Positions 35,988-44,527 are shown, counted from the stretch's first letter. The stretch: 64,000 nucleotides of DNA from an uncultured Clostridia bacterium (GCA_930971385.1 CAKNGB010000003.1:21233-85232); one strand, 5' to 3'. The notes: a model not told the origin generated them from the sequence alone. Translations and numbers: made by a program.

Positions 35988-37249
35988 AACGGCATTTCTC
36001 CTAATTCCTTTTCATCAATTAAACTTAATTCTTCTTGAAAAGGTTTTTCTCGACTATAAACTATTGAAGCTTTTCCAGTTATATCATATTCATACACTTT
36101 ACTAACTCTCTTCGTTAAACCTTTGACTTTTATTTCCTCTATTGGAATATCTTCCCAAACACTATCACGTTCAACAATATATTGACCTTCAGATACAAAA
36201 TGAATTATTTTATTTATTCTTCTACAAAAAGCACTATATAAAACTTTCAATTTTGGATCATCTTGATATTCTTTATATAAATCTTTCAAAGATAAATTGG
36301 AAACTATGTAAACTTTTGAAAAACAAGCTGGAACCATATCACCTTTGATATTCATCCTCTGTGGAAAAGGGTTTAACAACTTATTCATTTTAGTTATTTT
36401 AACTTGACCAACAAACTCATCCAACATTATACTATCTTGACCTTCATAACCTGTAAACCAATATTCACCATAACTATCAACACGAAATAAATCATTTAAA
36501 TTTTTAAACAATAAATTAACATAAGTAGTTTTCCCAACGCCGGGCGGACCATATATATAAACACACTCAATATTCCTAGCTCGACTTCCAAACTCATTTT
36601 CTAATCTTGACCAATACCTAGATTTTAATAATCGACCATACATAAACGATTGCTTTGGAAAGGTTTCATAAATTGAATTTAAGCTAAAGCCTTCATCAAC
36701 CATTTTTATCATTTTATCTAAGTCAGTTCTTTGGCGTTCATCGACAAATTCGCCTATTTCATATGGGCCACTAACACGTGTATCAACTTTAGAACAATAG
36801 GCTTGACATCTAGTTTTGGTGGAAATCATAGGTTTAAAATGGCAACCGTAAGGAAGTAATTCTTTTACTAATGTAAATCGAGAAGGTGACTTAAAATCTA
36901 CAAAAAATTGAAAATGTATTGTGCCAGTTTTTTCACCTTTCTCTCGTTGGAAAATAGCATATTTTATTCGACCAATATTTTCTAAGTCAATAAAAAATTT
37001 TTCAAATTCCTCATCTGTCATGGCTGGGTTGTTCCAAGTACCTACCCAACAGCAACATCGAGTGTTTTTTCTTTCAGCATCTTTTTCAAGAGTGTCATCC
37101 TCTTGAATTTCAAATGCCTCTTCGTCACTAACATTTATATCTTTCAAAGACTTATCTCCTTTATAGAGGAATGCAGAACCCCCATAGGTAATACTAACTA
37201 TGGGGGTTCTGCCAAAATCAAACTTTTTGATTTCGGCAGAACCAAGCAA
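35984..37249 (-). CDS. rolling-circle replication initiator: HUH endonuclease plus SF3 helicase (circovirus/CRESS-type Rep)
   Basis: Motif I CWVGTWNNP, motif II GTIHFQFFV and motif III AYCSKVD. Walker A GPPGVGKTT, Walker B IMLDEF and motif C IVSN. There is no in-frame ATG before motif I, so the only annotated start is the TTG at 37249 and the true start is uncertain. Confidence 0.85.
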   Translation of the reverse strand: MLGSAEIKKFDFGRTPIVSITYGGSAFLYKGDKSLKDINVSDEEAFEIQEDDTLEKDAERKNTRCCCWVGTWNNPAMTDEEFEKFFIDLENIGRIKYAIFQREKGEKTGTIHFQFFVDFKSPSRFTLVKELLPYGCHFKPMISTKTRCQAYCSKVDTRVSGPYEIGEFVDERQRTDLDKMIKMVDEGFSLNSIYETFPKQSFMYGRLLKSRYWSRLENEFGSRARNIECVYIYGPPGVGKTTYVNLLFKNLNDLFRVDSYGEYWFTGYEGQDSIMLDEFVGQVKITKMNKLLNPFPQRMNIKGDMVPACFSKVYIVSNLSLKDLYKEYQDDPKLKVLYSAFCRRINKIIHFVSEGQYIVERDSVWEDIPIEEIKVKGLTKRVSKVYEYDITGKASIVYSREKPFQEELSLIDEKELGEMPL

Positions 37250-37269
37250 GTCAGCAAACGCTTTGCCTT

Positions 37270-37452
37270 AAGAGGTTTTATTTTGAGCGCACTCCCAAGC
37301 CGTGCAGGCTTGCTGGCCACTCTGGGCGTGTGCCCTCTCTTCGCGGGCGGTGGTCCTCATTGCCGGACAGGCTAGGCTAGAAGAAGTGCGGTGGGCGAGG
37401 GCTTGCGCACTAGCCATGCAAACAAGGCAAGAAGGTTTGCTTTTTCGCTCAA
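37270..37452 (-). other. GC-rich highly structured island immediately upstream of rep (candidate origin/packaging region or structured RNA)
   Basis: A sharp GC-rich patch in AT-rich DNA. The closing pairing is TTTGAGCG (37282-37289) with CGCTCAAA (37445-37452). Nested helices include GGCTAG/CTAGCC, GTGCG/CGCAC, GGCCAC/GTGG(T)CC, GGGC-gtgt-GCCC and CAAGCC/GGCTTG. Confidence 0.6.
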
Positions 37453-37823
37453 ACTATTTCTACATCCTCGTTTTTTGCTAACAAACCCGCTTTCTTTTTT
37501 GGAACGGGTGGCGTCACAGTATATTCTTTATCAGAACTTCCTTTTAAATCAGACTTTTTACTATACATATTCTTCCCTTCTTTTTCAAATGTTGGTAATT
37601 CAATAAAAGCGGGAATTTTTTCATTAATTTGCCTAACGCCCTTTTTATAATCTTTATAAACTTCATGCAAAGCGTTATTTAAAAATTTTTTACCATAGCG
37701 ACCACAAATTTTATAAACAGCAATCTTTTTGCTGAAAACCTCAAAGAGTTCGGAAGCGTCAAACATTAACTGCCTTTTTACTCGCAATCTTTCCATGGTA
37801 TCATCGTTTAAAAATTCTTCCAT
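37449..37823 (-). CDS. hypothetical protein (element-borne)
   Basis: 124-aa ORF between the Zot-like gene and the GC island; no recognisable motif. Confidence 0.6.
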   Translation of the reverse strand: MEEFLNDDTMERLRVKRQLMFDASELFEVFSKKIAVYKICGRYGKKFLNNALHEVYKDYKKGVRQINEKIPAFIELPTFEKEGKNMYSKKSDLKGSSDKEYTVTPPVPKKKAGLLAKNEDVEIV

Positions 37824-37831
37824 TTTTCACC

Positions 37832-38755
37832 TCACACACAAATTTCTTTAAAATCGTCAAATTCATCATTTTCGCTTTGCTTTTTCTTTAAAAAGTCACT
37901 TGGTTTTATCAAATAGCCTTCTGGCATATATAAACCGAAATTTGAAACAAAAGTTTCAACATCTTCAACTGTTTTAATTTCTGGAAAATGTTCGATTATA
38001 TAATCGTCCATTTCTCTACCTTTCAATGCTAAATATTCACACTGTTTCGTATTGTAATTTAGATATACACAACGATTTAAAATCAAAACATATTCTTCTT
38101 TAACTAATTTTTCATTATTAGTTTCAAAATATTTTTCGAGCTGATTATACTTTTTAAATTCTTTAACATAAAGTTTATGTCCTATAACAATTCTATTTTT
38201 ATCCTTAATCTCTTCAACAGGAGCATAAAGATAAATTATCCTATTAAGTAATTCACGCATACCTTTATAAATTAAATTAGGCGAATTGGTATCAATAATA
38301 ATTTCCACTTCTGTCTGTCTTGAAGTTTCCCAATAACGTCGAACTTCTGGACGGAAATAATTCCATAAGTATGCGTTAAAAATAGTTTGTGCCTCTGTTA
38401 GAATTAAAAAAGAATATGGTGGAAGAGGGGTAGTTTCGTAATCTTTACAATGAAAGCCAACTTTATAGGGGTCAACAACATAAGACTTAAATGAAGGAAT
38501 ATGAGTGTATAAGCAATTAATATCAAAATTTGAAAAAACTAAATGTTCATAGTTTTTTGAAAAGTTATAGCCTAAATCGTTATATCTATCTACTCTTTCA
38601 TAACTTTTCCAGCAATCTTGAACACCCATTAACATTTTTTCAATTCCTATATATGTGGAAAGAAGTGTTTTTCCAGCACCTTCTTCACCACATATAAGAA
38701 CCTTTCCTTGCCTTTTTGACAAGTCCATAAATTTATTAAAATGAATTTCCTTCAC
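37832..38755 (-). CDS. Zot/pI-like P-loop ATPase (filamentous-phage morphogenesis-type), tentative
   Basis: N-terminal Walker A GEEGAGKT. Walker B-like FLILTEAQTIF. Then WETSRQTEVEIIIDTNSPNLIYKGMRELL, which parallels the Zot layout FIDECG...HRHhGwDIxLxT..I...IRE. No C-terminal TM is seen. Confidence 0.55.
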   Translation of the reverse strand: MKEIHFNKFMDLSKRQGKVLICGEEGAGKTLLSTYIGIEKMLMGVQDCWKSYERVDRYNDLGYNFSKNYEHLVFSNFDINCLYTHIPSFKSYVVDPYKVGFHCKDYETTPLPPYSFLILTEAQTIFNAYLWNYFRPEVRRYWETSRQTEVEIIIDTNSPNLIYKGMRELLNRIIYLYAPVEEIKDKNRIVIGHKLYVKEFKKYNQLEKYFETNNEKLVKEEYVLILNRCVYLNYNTKQCEYLALKGREMDDYIIEHFPEIKTVEDVETFVSNFGLYMPEGYLIKPSDFLKKKQSENDEFDDFKEICV

Positions 38756-38771
38756 TTTCCACCTTATTTAA

Positions 38772-38800
38772 TTGACTTTTAAAACAATTTAAAATATAAT
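38772..38800 (+). promoter_or_regulatory. promoter TTGACT-17-TATAAT for the 85-aa plus-strand gene
   Basis: TTGACT at 38772-38777 and TATAAT at 38795-38800. RBS AAGGAG lies before the ATG at 38820. Confidence 0.6.
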
Positions 38801-38819
38801 TTTCACAAAGGAGTTTGTT

Positions 38820-39077
38820 ATGAATGAAACTGAATTTGCTAAGTGGCTCGAAAAAGACTATTTAAAAGCCAAAAAGTATTTTAAAAAACCAAATATTACA
38901 CATAATCTTGATAATTTAAAAAATGAATACCACCTAGATTATGAAAAATTAAAGCTTGAAGTCGAGAAGTTAGGCTATCATCTAAAACTTGCAAAAGATA
39001 TAGATAATCAAAATTGGAAAGATGTTTGGTCTATTGGTCACTTTTTCGTTTTTTATAAGAACGAGAACGACCTTTAA
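38820..39077 (+). CDS. hypothetical small protein; the only plus-strand gene inside the minus-strand module
   Basis: 85 aa with its own consensus promoter and RBS. Confidence 0.6.
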   Translation: MNETEFAKWLEKDYLKAKKYFKKPNITHNLDNLKNEYHLDYEKLKLEVEKLGYHLKLAKDIDNQNWKDVWSIGHFFVFYKNENDL

Positions 39078-39327
39078 CAAATTCTTGATAATAATCAGTT
39101 TTTAAAACAAAAGGAGTCAATCTTCTTTTGTTTTTATTATACTGACTGCCAGTATAAACCCATACTGCATTTCCTCTTAAAATGCAATCTTCAAAAATAG
39201 ATTTTGCATAATCTATGTCTAAATAATTTGGCAAATTTAATTCGTTTAACAAAGACCTTGTTATTTGACTTTTGCAAATATATAAATCTTTTGTTTCTTG
39301 ACTTGCGAAAGCATTATATTTTTTCAT
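39031..39327 (-). CDS. hypothetical basic protein
   Basis: 98 aa with a basic C-terminus (KGRSRSYKKRKSDQ). Converges with and overlaps the 85-aa gene by 47 nt. Confidence 0.5.
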   Translation of the reverse strand: MKKYNAFASQETKDLYICKSQITRSLLNELNLPNYLDIDYAKSIFEDCILRGNAVWVYTGSQYNKNKRRLTPFVLKTDYYQEFVKGRSRSYKKRKSDQ

Positions 39328-39371
39328 AATATACCTTCCTATGTAAAACCACCAAAAAGGTGGTTTATTAA

Positions 39372-39656
39372 TTATCTAAAATATTTGGTAAGCTCAGATG
39401 CAGGAATGTTTTTTCTACCTTTTCTTCTTTGATAATCAGGATTATTAAACCTAAAAGCTTGCATTTCTTCTACCTTTGCTTGAGCATAGCCTCTCATTAG
39501 GTATCTATCCCTTTCACTTAAAGAATTTAAAAAAGGTTTATTGAAAGCCATAGCCTGTCTAACTCTATATGGTGATTTATAATAACCATAAGAGTGCATA
39601 ATATCTGTTTCTTTACCTCTTTTTGTTCTAAAAACTTTACTGTTTGCCATTTCCAT
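39372..39656 (-). CDS. hypothetical basic protein (possible nucleic-acid binding)
   Basis: 94 aa, R/K-rich, no TM. Confidence 0.5.
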   Translation of the reverse strand: MEMANSKVFRTKRGKETDIMHSYGYYKSPYRVRQAMAFNKPFLNSLSERDRYLMRGYAQAKVEEMQAFRFNNPDYQRRKGRKNIPASELTKYFR

Positions 39657-40053
39657 TATCCTTTTTATATTTGTTTTTATAAAAATCGTAGTAGTTTTTT
39701 ATCATAGTATTTGAAGAATAATCGCGAGGGAATAACCTATAAACTTCACCATTGGTAAGTTCATATTTCACGCAAGTATAAACCCCAGTGATATTTCCTT
39801 CATCATCTAATTTAAATTCATCTACGAGTTTTTTCGACTTTACAAAACCTTTTTGTCCAGTAATAAGAAACGAACGTAAAAGGTCATACAATTTATTTTT
39901 ATCTCTAAAAATAATTTCTTCACCATTAAACAACTTAACAACACATTCGTTATTTACACCGTAATTAGTCTTTTTTGCAATAAGTTTGATATTCTCAACA
40001 ATATCATTTAAATCTTCTCTTAACTTAAATTCTTTTTCTTTAACATTTTCCAT
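39637..40053 (-). CDS. hypothetical protein
   Basis: The start is placed at the ATG at 40053 (MENVKEKEF...). The track's TTG-extended N-terminus (to 40194) looks non-coding. Confidence 0.5.
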   Translation of the reverse strand: MENVKEKEFKLREDLNDIVENIKLIAKKTNYGVNNECVVKLFNGEEIIFRDKNKLYDLLRSFLITGQKGFVKSKKLVDEFKLDDEGNITGVYTCVKYELTNGEVYRLFPRDYSSNTMIKNYYDFYKNKYKKDNGNGKQ

Positions 40054-40199
40054 TTTCTTTTTCCTTTTAAACAAATAAATTTTTATCAAAAACTCGATAT
40101 TCGCGACTATCTTATTCTTGATTGGCAAGAAGAGAACCCAAGGAGTAAAATTCTCTTCTTTGGTGGTGGGTAGTGTTTTAAAAGTCCCCACCAACGCTT

Positions 40200-40808
40200 T
40201 TAAATTGTTAAAGCACTGTCAACTTTACTGAAATCAAAGAACATTAAGTCGTTATTCTCTAAATCTTTCATAGTTATGTCAGATTCGTCCAAGATTGCAG
40301 TGCAAAAGCCGTCAAGTAATATTTCAGCATTTACTTGACCGAAAACACTGTCTATTTCTTCCCCAGTTCCAAGTTCAGGAGTCTTTGAGAAATCTTGAGT
40401 GTAAGACCAAACTTTAACTGCTTGAGCCTCATCCTCAGTTCCTGTAAACCAATAGAGTTCATAAACAAAAATGGTGTTTTCAGCGTCTTTAGTGTCGGTG
40501 CGCCTCATGGCAGCAGACTCGAGAAGTCCTTCATATTTCGCTGTGACATCATCGAGATTATTAATATCGTTTGAAGTCACAACAAAGAAGCCGTCCTCTG
40601 TCAACTTAGCCTCGAAGTCAGCAAGGGTCATTGTTTCGCCTGCATAAGCGTTATCATTTTCAGTTTGAATACCGAAATAGCCTTGAAGTTTATTCTTAGT
40701 ATAATCCCAGTTATCCACCATGAAGAAAATCATAAACGCAGAAAAAACAACTAAAATAACACTTAATATAATGCTAACAATTTTTCCAGCTCTTTTTAAT
40801 CCTTCCAT
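40200..40808 (-). CDS. N-terminally anchored acidic membrane/secreted protein
   Basis: 202 aa with TM helix AGKIVSIILSVILVVFSAFMIFFMV. Confidence 0.6.
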   Translation of the reverse strand: MEGLKRAGKIVSIILSVILVVFSAFMIFFMVDNWDYTKNKLQGYFGIQTENDNAYAGETMTLADFEAKLTEDGFFVVTSNDINNLDDVTAKYEGLLESAAMRRTDTKDAENTIFVYELYWFTGTEDEAQAVKVWSYTQDFSKTPELGTGEEIDSVFGQVNAEILLDGFCTAILDESDITMKDLENNDLMFFDFSKVDSALTI

Positions 40809-40858
40809 TTTTAAACCTCCAACATATACAACTAGACTGCTCGACTACACAGCCCAAA

Positions 40859-42418
40859 CTAATTTACTATCCAATAATCTTCATCTACAAACGCGTCTAA
40901 ATAAGAAACATATGAATATTCTAAAAGAAAATCAAAGCTAAAATCACTTATAGAATAATAGTAATTATTAGGATTTTCACCATAAACACTTATTCCACAG
41001 CGATAATAAGAGTCTAGTCTAATACCAAAAGCAACAGTTAAATCTATATCAGCAAAAGGCTTTACCTCATATATCAAATATCTAGCAGTTCCCTCTTGTA
41101 AAAACTTAACAGTCATTTCTTCAGAATTTTCAAAATTAGAAATCACTACACTTTCAATAAGATTATCCCGTGAAGGTCCGTATCCAACCGTGAAAGTTAT
41201 ATTTGATTGTGATAATTTTTGAAAATATGGTAAACCATCACCTTTATTTATTCCCGCCATAAAGTCATCACTAAAATCATCAGATATAGGAATAAATGCA
41301 TTTAACCCATTAAAATGATAAACTAAATCATACTCCAAATATTTAGGTGTTATTATTGTCCCACTAACAGAATATTTTTTAGTTGGTAAATCTTTTAATA
41401 GAGTTGTAAGAGAAACACTATCAGCAAATTCAAAACTAACAACACTAGACTCTAATTCATCAGATAATGAAGAGTCAACAAGTAAAATATCCGCAACCGT
41501 TAAATTTTCACCATAACGATATACTGTTTCATTACTGCCAGACAAAAAAGAATTATCATGCTCAATAACCAAATCAATATTATTTCCCATAACAGAGTAA
41601 AATGTGCAATCAGAATTTACAAAATACTCACTTAAATCAGCAACATCAGACGAACTTTCACTTGTTGCCCAGCCATAACACCAACGGTCATATGTTTTAG
41701 CAATCTCAGGAATAACAAGTTTTGAACTTTGAAGAACATAGCTAGAAGATACTACGCTGTCATTATCAGAATTGATAAACTCAACTTTATAGTAATCATC
41801 TAAATTCATATTTTCATAAGCCTCAAGTTCAGCCTCTAATCTTGTAATTTCGTTTCCTAAAGAAACCACTTGACTCTCTAAATCATCATTTGCAATTTCT
41901 AATGATGATATTTGACTATTAAGCGAAGAAATGGTTTCTTCATCAAGGCTATTTTGAGTTAAAGCCTCTTCTAATTGATTAGACAAAGTTTCAATTTGAC
42001 CATTTAGAGTTTCAACTTGAGTTTGAGTTTCTGTTAATGTTTCACTTAAAGACTGATATTGTTCATTCAAACCAGAAATTTCCTCATCTTTTTCAGCAAT
42101 TTGTTCATATGCATCAACAAGGTCATCAGCAGTTTCCTGTAGACTACCTTTAACTCTTAACAAATCTTCATTTAACGAAGAAATAGTTTCTTTATCAATC
42201 TCATTTTGACTCAAAGAAATTGTTAATTGACTAGTTATATCATCAATTTCAATTTGATATTCACTAATTTGGTTTCGCAAATCAGCAACTTCTTCAATTG
42301 TGGAACTATTTTCTTCAATATATCTTTCATTATTGGCATACATGATACCAAAAGTAATGCCACATATTGAACCACCAAAAAGAAGAACGATAACTATATA
42401 TCCTATAACCTTTTTCAT
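40859..42418 (-). CDS. N-terminally anchored coiled-coil protein with a beta-rich C-terminal domain (candidate receptor-binding/virion protein)
   Basis: 519 aa. TM helix VIGYIVIVLLFGGSICGITFGIMYA. A ~190-aa heptad-rich region has an internal repeat (QNEIDKETISSLNEDL / QNSLDEETISSLNSQI). Confidence 0.65.
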   Translation of the reverse strand: MKKVIGYIVIVLLFGGSICGITFGIMYANNERYIEENSSTIEEVADLRNQISEYQIEIDDITSQLTISLSQNEIDKETISSLNEDLLRVKGSLQETADDLVDAYEQIAEKDEEISGLNEQYQSLSETLTETQTQVETLNGQIETLSNQLEEALTQNSLDEETISSLNSQISSLEIANDDLESQVVSLGNEITRLEAELEAYENMNLDDYYKVEFINSDNDSVVSSSYVLQSSKLVIPEIAKTYDRWCYGWATSESSSDVADLSEYFVNSDCTFYSVMGNNIDLVIEHDNSFLSGSNETVYRYGENLTVADILLVDSSLSDELESSVVSFEFADSVSLTTLLKDLPTKKYSVSGTIITPKYLEYDLVYHFNGLNAFIPISDDFSDDFMAGINKGDGLPYFQKLSQSNITFTVGYGPSRDNLIESVVISNFENSEEMTVKFLQEGTARYLIYEVKPFADIDLTVAFGIRLDSYYRCGISVYGENPNNYYYSISDFSFDFLLEYSYVSYLDAFVDEDYWIVN

Positions 42419-42428
42419 TTTTCACCTC

Positions 42429-43787
42429 TTAATCATCATTAAATATTGAGAATGGAGCAGTTATCAACCACCAAATTCCCTTAAACAACCATTTAAAGCA
42501 AAAACTTAAAAACTTAAATAATGCAGGTAATATAATAGGAGCAAGGACAACAACAGCAACCACAATCAAAACTATAGCAATAATTGTAGCAATCATTTTT
42601 AAAATACGCTCCCAAACACTTATCTGTTCATTCCCAGGAGTAATATCACCAGTAGTTTTATTATCAACAACACCTAAATTAAAAATAACTCCGTCATATT
42701 CAAATTTTAAATATAGTATAGTGACATCAACAACGCCAGTTCCATAACCAACTAAATCACCAAAATAACCACCATGCTGTGTATATTCAGACTCATAAAA
42801 TCTTAATACCCATTGTTTATTTTTAATATTATTTTTTGTTTCTTCAGTTAAATCTTCGCTATCAATAAAATCAGAAACTGTTTGTATTCTGTTCCAAGTA
42901 TGACTATCACCAAATAGACCAACTGTCTGATTATTAACTACATCATGATTAGTCAAAACTATTTGATGAAAAACATCATTCTCTTCATTTCTATCTTCAA
43001 CATTGATTATCGGCGTTCCATGCAAAGTTTTATATTCCCAAGTATAAAACGAAACTTCAGCCTCGATAATATCATCCATGGGTCTATCTAACGAAAAAGC
43101 AACATAGTGACTATCTGAACTATAAGTAAACCATGCCCAGCCATCCAAATACCTTAAAAAATCAACGTATTTATCAACGACTTCAACAGTTTCGGTTTCA
43201 ACACAAGTATAAGAAACTTCACCATTTACAGTAGATGCAGTCCATAACTGTCCAACACTATACGAAACTTCGCTTGTAATATTATCATTTTCACTTGGAA
43301 CGTCAATATTTTCATCAAAAACACGATAAATTGAAGAAATATCATAATACCTTAAAGCATCTTCTTTAACACCAAAATCATTTACCAAATACTTATAAAA
43401 AACACCATTTGAACTTAATAACGATAAATCATAATTCACATAATACAAATTATCATTAATTCCAGTAGAAATATTAATTGATGTTGCTTCTAAATTAAGA
43501 CTCTCACCGCTTGGCTGATAAACATAAACGAATAACTCTTTATCGGAACTTTCTGCTATTTGAATAACTTGTAATGAATAATCATCTTCAACAATAGGAT
43601 ATTTACTAACATCAAAATTTTCATCTTTCTCTAAATCTTCTAAAACAGAAGAATAAATTGTTTCAGTTTCAGCAGAAGTTTTAAAATATATAGAAATTGA
43701 CAATAAGCAAGAAAAGATAAGCATTAAAATTACTAACGCTTTAAAAACATTATTATAGTTTATCCTTTTAATTTGCTTATTTTCCAT
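42429..43787 (-). CDS. type-I membrane protein: signal peptide, large ectodomain and C-terminal anchor (g3p-like architecture)
   Basis: 452 aa. N-terminus VFKALVILMLIFSCLLSISIYFKTSA. C-terminus MIATIIAIVLIVVAVVVLAPIILPALFKFLSF. RBS GTGAGGAA. Confidence 0.65.
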   Translation of the reverse strand: MENKQIKRINYNNVFKALVILMLIFSCLLSISIYFKTSAETETIYSSVLEDLEKDENFDVSKYPIVEDDYSLQVIQIAESSDKELFVYVYQPSGESLNLEATSINISTGINDNLYYVNYDLSLLSSNGVFYKYLVNDFGVKEDALRYYDISSIYRVFDENIDVPSENDNITSEVSYSVGQLWTASTVNGEVSYTCVETETVEVVDKYVDFLRYLDGWAWFTYSSDSHYVAFSLDRPMDDIIEAEVSFYTWEYKTLHGTPIINVEDRNEENDVFHQIVLTNHDVVNNQTVGLFGDSHTWNRIQTVSDFIDSEDLTEETKNNIKNKQWVLRFYESEYTQHGGYFGDLVGYGTGVVDVTILYLKFEYDGVIFNLGVVDNKTTGDITPGNEQISVWERILKMIATIIAIVLIVVAVVVLAPIILPALFKFLSFCFKWLFKGIWWLITAPFSIFNDD

Positions 43788-43797
43788 AATTCCTCAC

Positions 43798-43974
43798 TTA
43801 TGTTCCAATAAAACAACTCTCGTAAACTTCCAAAGCCCTTTTATCTCTTTCTAAAAGATAATCTTTATAAACATTGGCTTGCTTTCGTGTTTCAAACCTA
43901 CGCTTTATTCGAGGACAAGCGGGATTATACACAACAAAAACATTTTCTATTTTTTCAATTTTATATTTTGTCAT
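43798..43974 (-). CDS. small ORF (58 aa) missed by the track; possible AP2-like DNA-binding fold
   Basis: ATG at 43974 behind GAGGTG. Sequence: MTKYKIEKIENVFVVYNPACPRIKRRFETRKQANVYKDYLLERDKRALEVYESCFIGT. Confidence 0.45.
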   Translation of the reverse strand: MTKYKIEKIENVFVVYNPACPRIKRRFETRKQANVYKDYLLERDKRALEVYESCFIGT

Positions 43975-44203
43975 TTACACACCTCACTTTATGCCCTTTA
44001 AATTCTGGTGTTTTTTGAAACAACATAGCATATTCGAAATTACCATGTTTTTTCATTGCTTTTATAAGACTGACTTCATTTCCAGTCCTTGCAACTTGCT
44101 TTAATTCCTTTTCTGAAGCCTTATATTTTTTCCTTAATTCACTTTTCTTTAGGTTATAGGCTAAATTTTTTTGATAATCTGTAAAAAACACGGGCCACCT
44201 CAA
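43961..44203 (-). CDS. hypothetical small basic protein
   Basis: 80 aa with a TTG start overlapping the stop of the upstream small ORF. Confidence 0.45.
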   Translation of the reverse strand: MRWPVFFTDYQKNLAYNLKKSELRKKYKASEKELKQVARTGNEVSLIKAMKKHGNFEYAMLFQKTPEFKGHKVRCVNDKI

Positions 44204-44373
44204 ATCATCTTTTTATTTCCGCTTTTATCAACTTCATAAAAAAGCTGACCAACATTGCACGGAATATCAAACAATTTAAAGACTTCTAAAACTTTAGAAA
44301 CTTGATCTTGATTAAAACCAGACACAGAAGTTCCAGTTAAATCACAAATAATAACCATATCATTTTTTTTCAT
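44200..44373 (-). CDS. small ORF (57 aa), first gene of the leftward operon (Cro/early-regulator position)
   Basis: ATG at 44373 behind AGGAG. Sequence: MKKNDMVIICDLTGTSVSGFNQDQVSKVLEVFKLFDIPCNVGQLFYEVDKSGNKKMI. Below the track cutoff. Confidence 0.5.
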   Translation of the reverse strand: MKKNDMVIICDLTGTSVSGFNQDQVSKVLEVFKLFDIPCNVGQLFYEVDKSGNKKMI

Positions 44374-44420
44374 AAAACACTCCTTTTTAATATTTATGAA
44401 GTTTCTTCATATCTAACCAT

Positions 44421-44450
44421 AGTATATAATAAATAATTTCATAATGTCAA
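44421..44450 (-). promoter_or_regulatory. leftward promoter of the element (TTGACA-18-TATACT)
   Basis: Complement of TGTCAA 44445-44450 and AGTATA 44421-44426. The palindrome ATGAAG-TTT-CTTCAT (44396-44410) lies just downstream of the predicted TSS. Confidence 0.6.
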
Positions 44451-44498
44451 ACAATTTTAAGAAGTTTTTTCATAAAATCTAAAATTTTTTCATAAATA

Positions 44499-44527
44499 TT
44501 GAATTTATACATAAAAAAAGTTAATAT
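44499..44527 (+). promoter_or_regulatory. rightward (repressor/lysogeny) promoter TTGAAT-17-TAATAT
   Basis: TTGAAT at 44499-44504 and TAATAT at 44522-44527. Preceded by two TTTTTTCATAAA repeats 20 bp apart (44465-44476 and 44485-44496). Confidence 0.55.

Noticed and set aside
37270-37452. GC-rich island as a tRNA/tmRNA, a twister ribozyme or a c-di-GMP-I riboswitch
   Set aside because: Only fragmentary word matches exist: CCCAAGCC as in twister, and GCAAACC / GCGCAAGCC reminiscent of GEMM-I. The required partner elements are not found (AUAAAAG and pseudoknots for twister; GNRA tetraloop-receptor hairpins for GEMM-I). No cloverleaf can be drawn either.
37103-37606. 90-aa and 71-aa plus-strand ORFs over the GC-rich island
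   Set aside because: They are antisense to rep and the 124-aa ORF and are driven by local GC-richness. There is no RBS.
40161-40195. TTTGGTGGTGGGTAG resembling the att core (TTTGGTGGTGATAGCTGG) as a secondary att site
   Set aside because: Only 9-10 nt are shared. The sequence forms the hairpin GGTGGG...CCCACC just after the 202-aa gene and is more simply a weak terminator or a coincidence.
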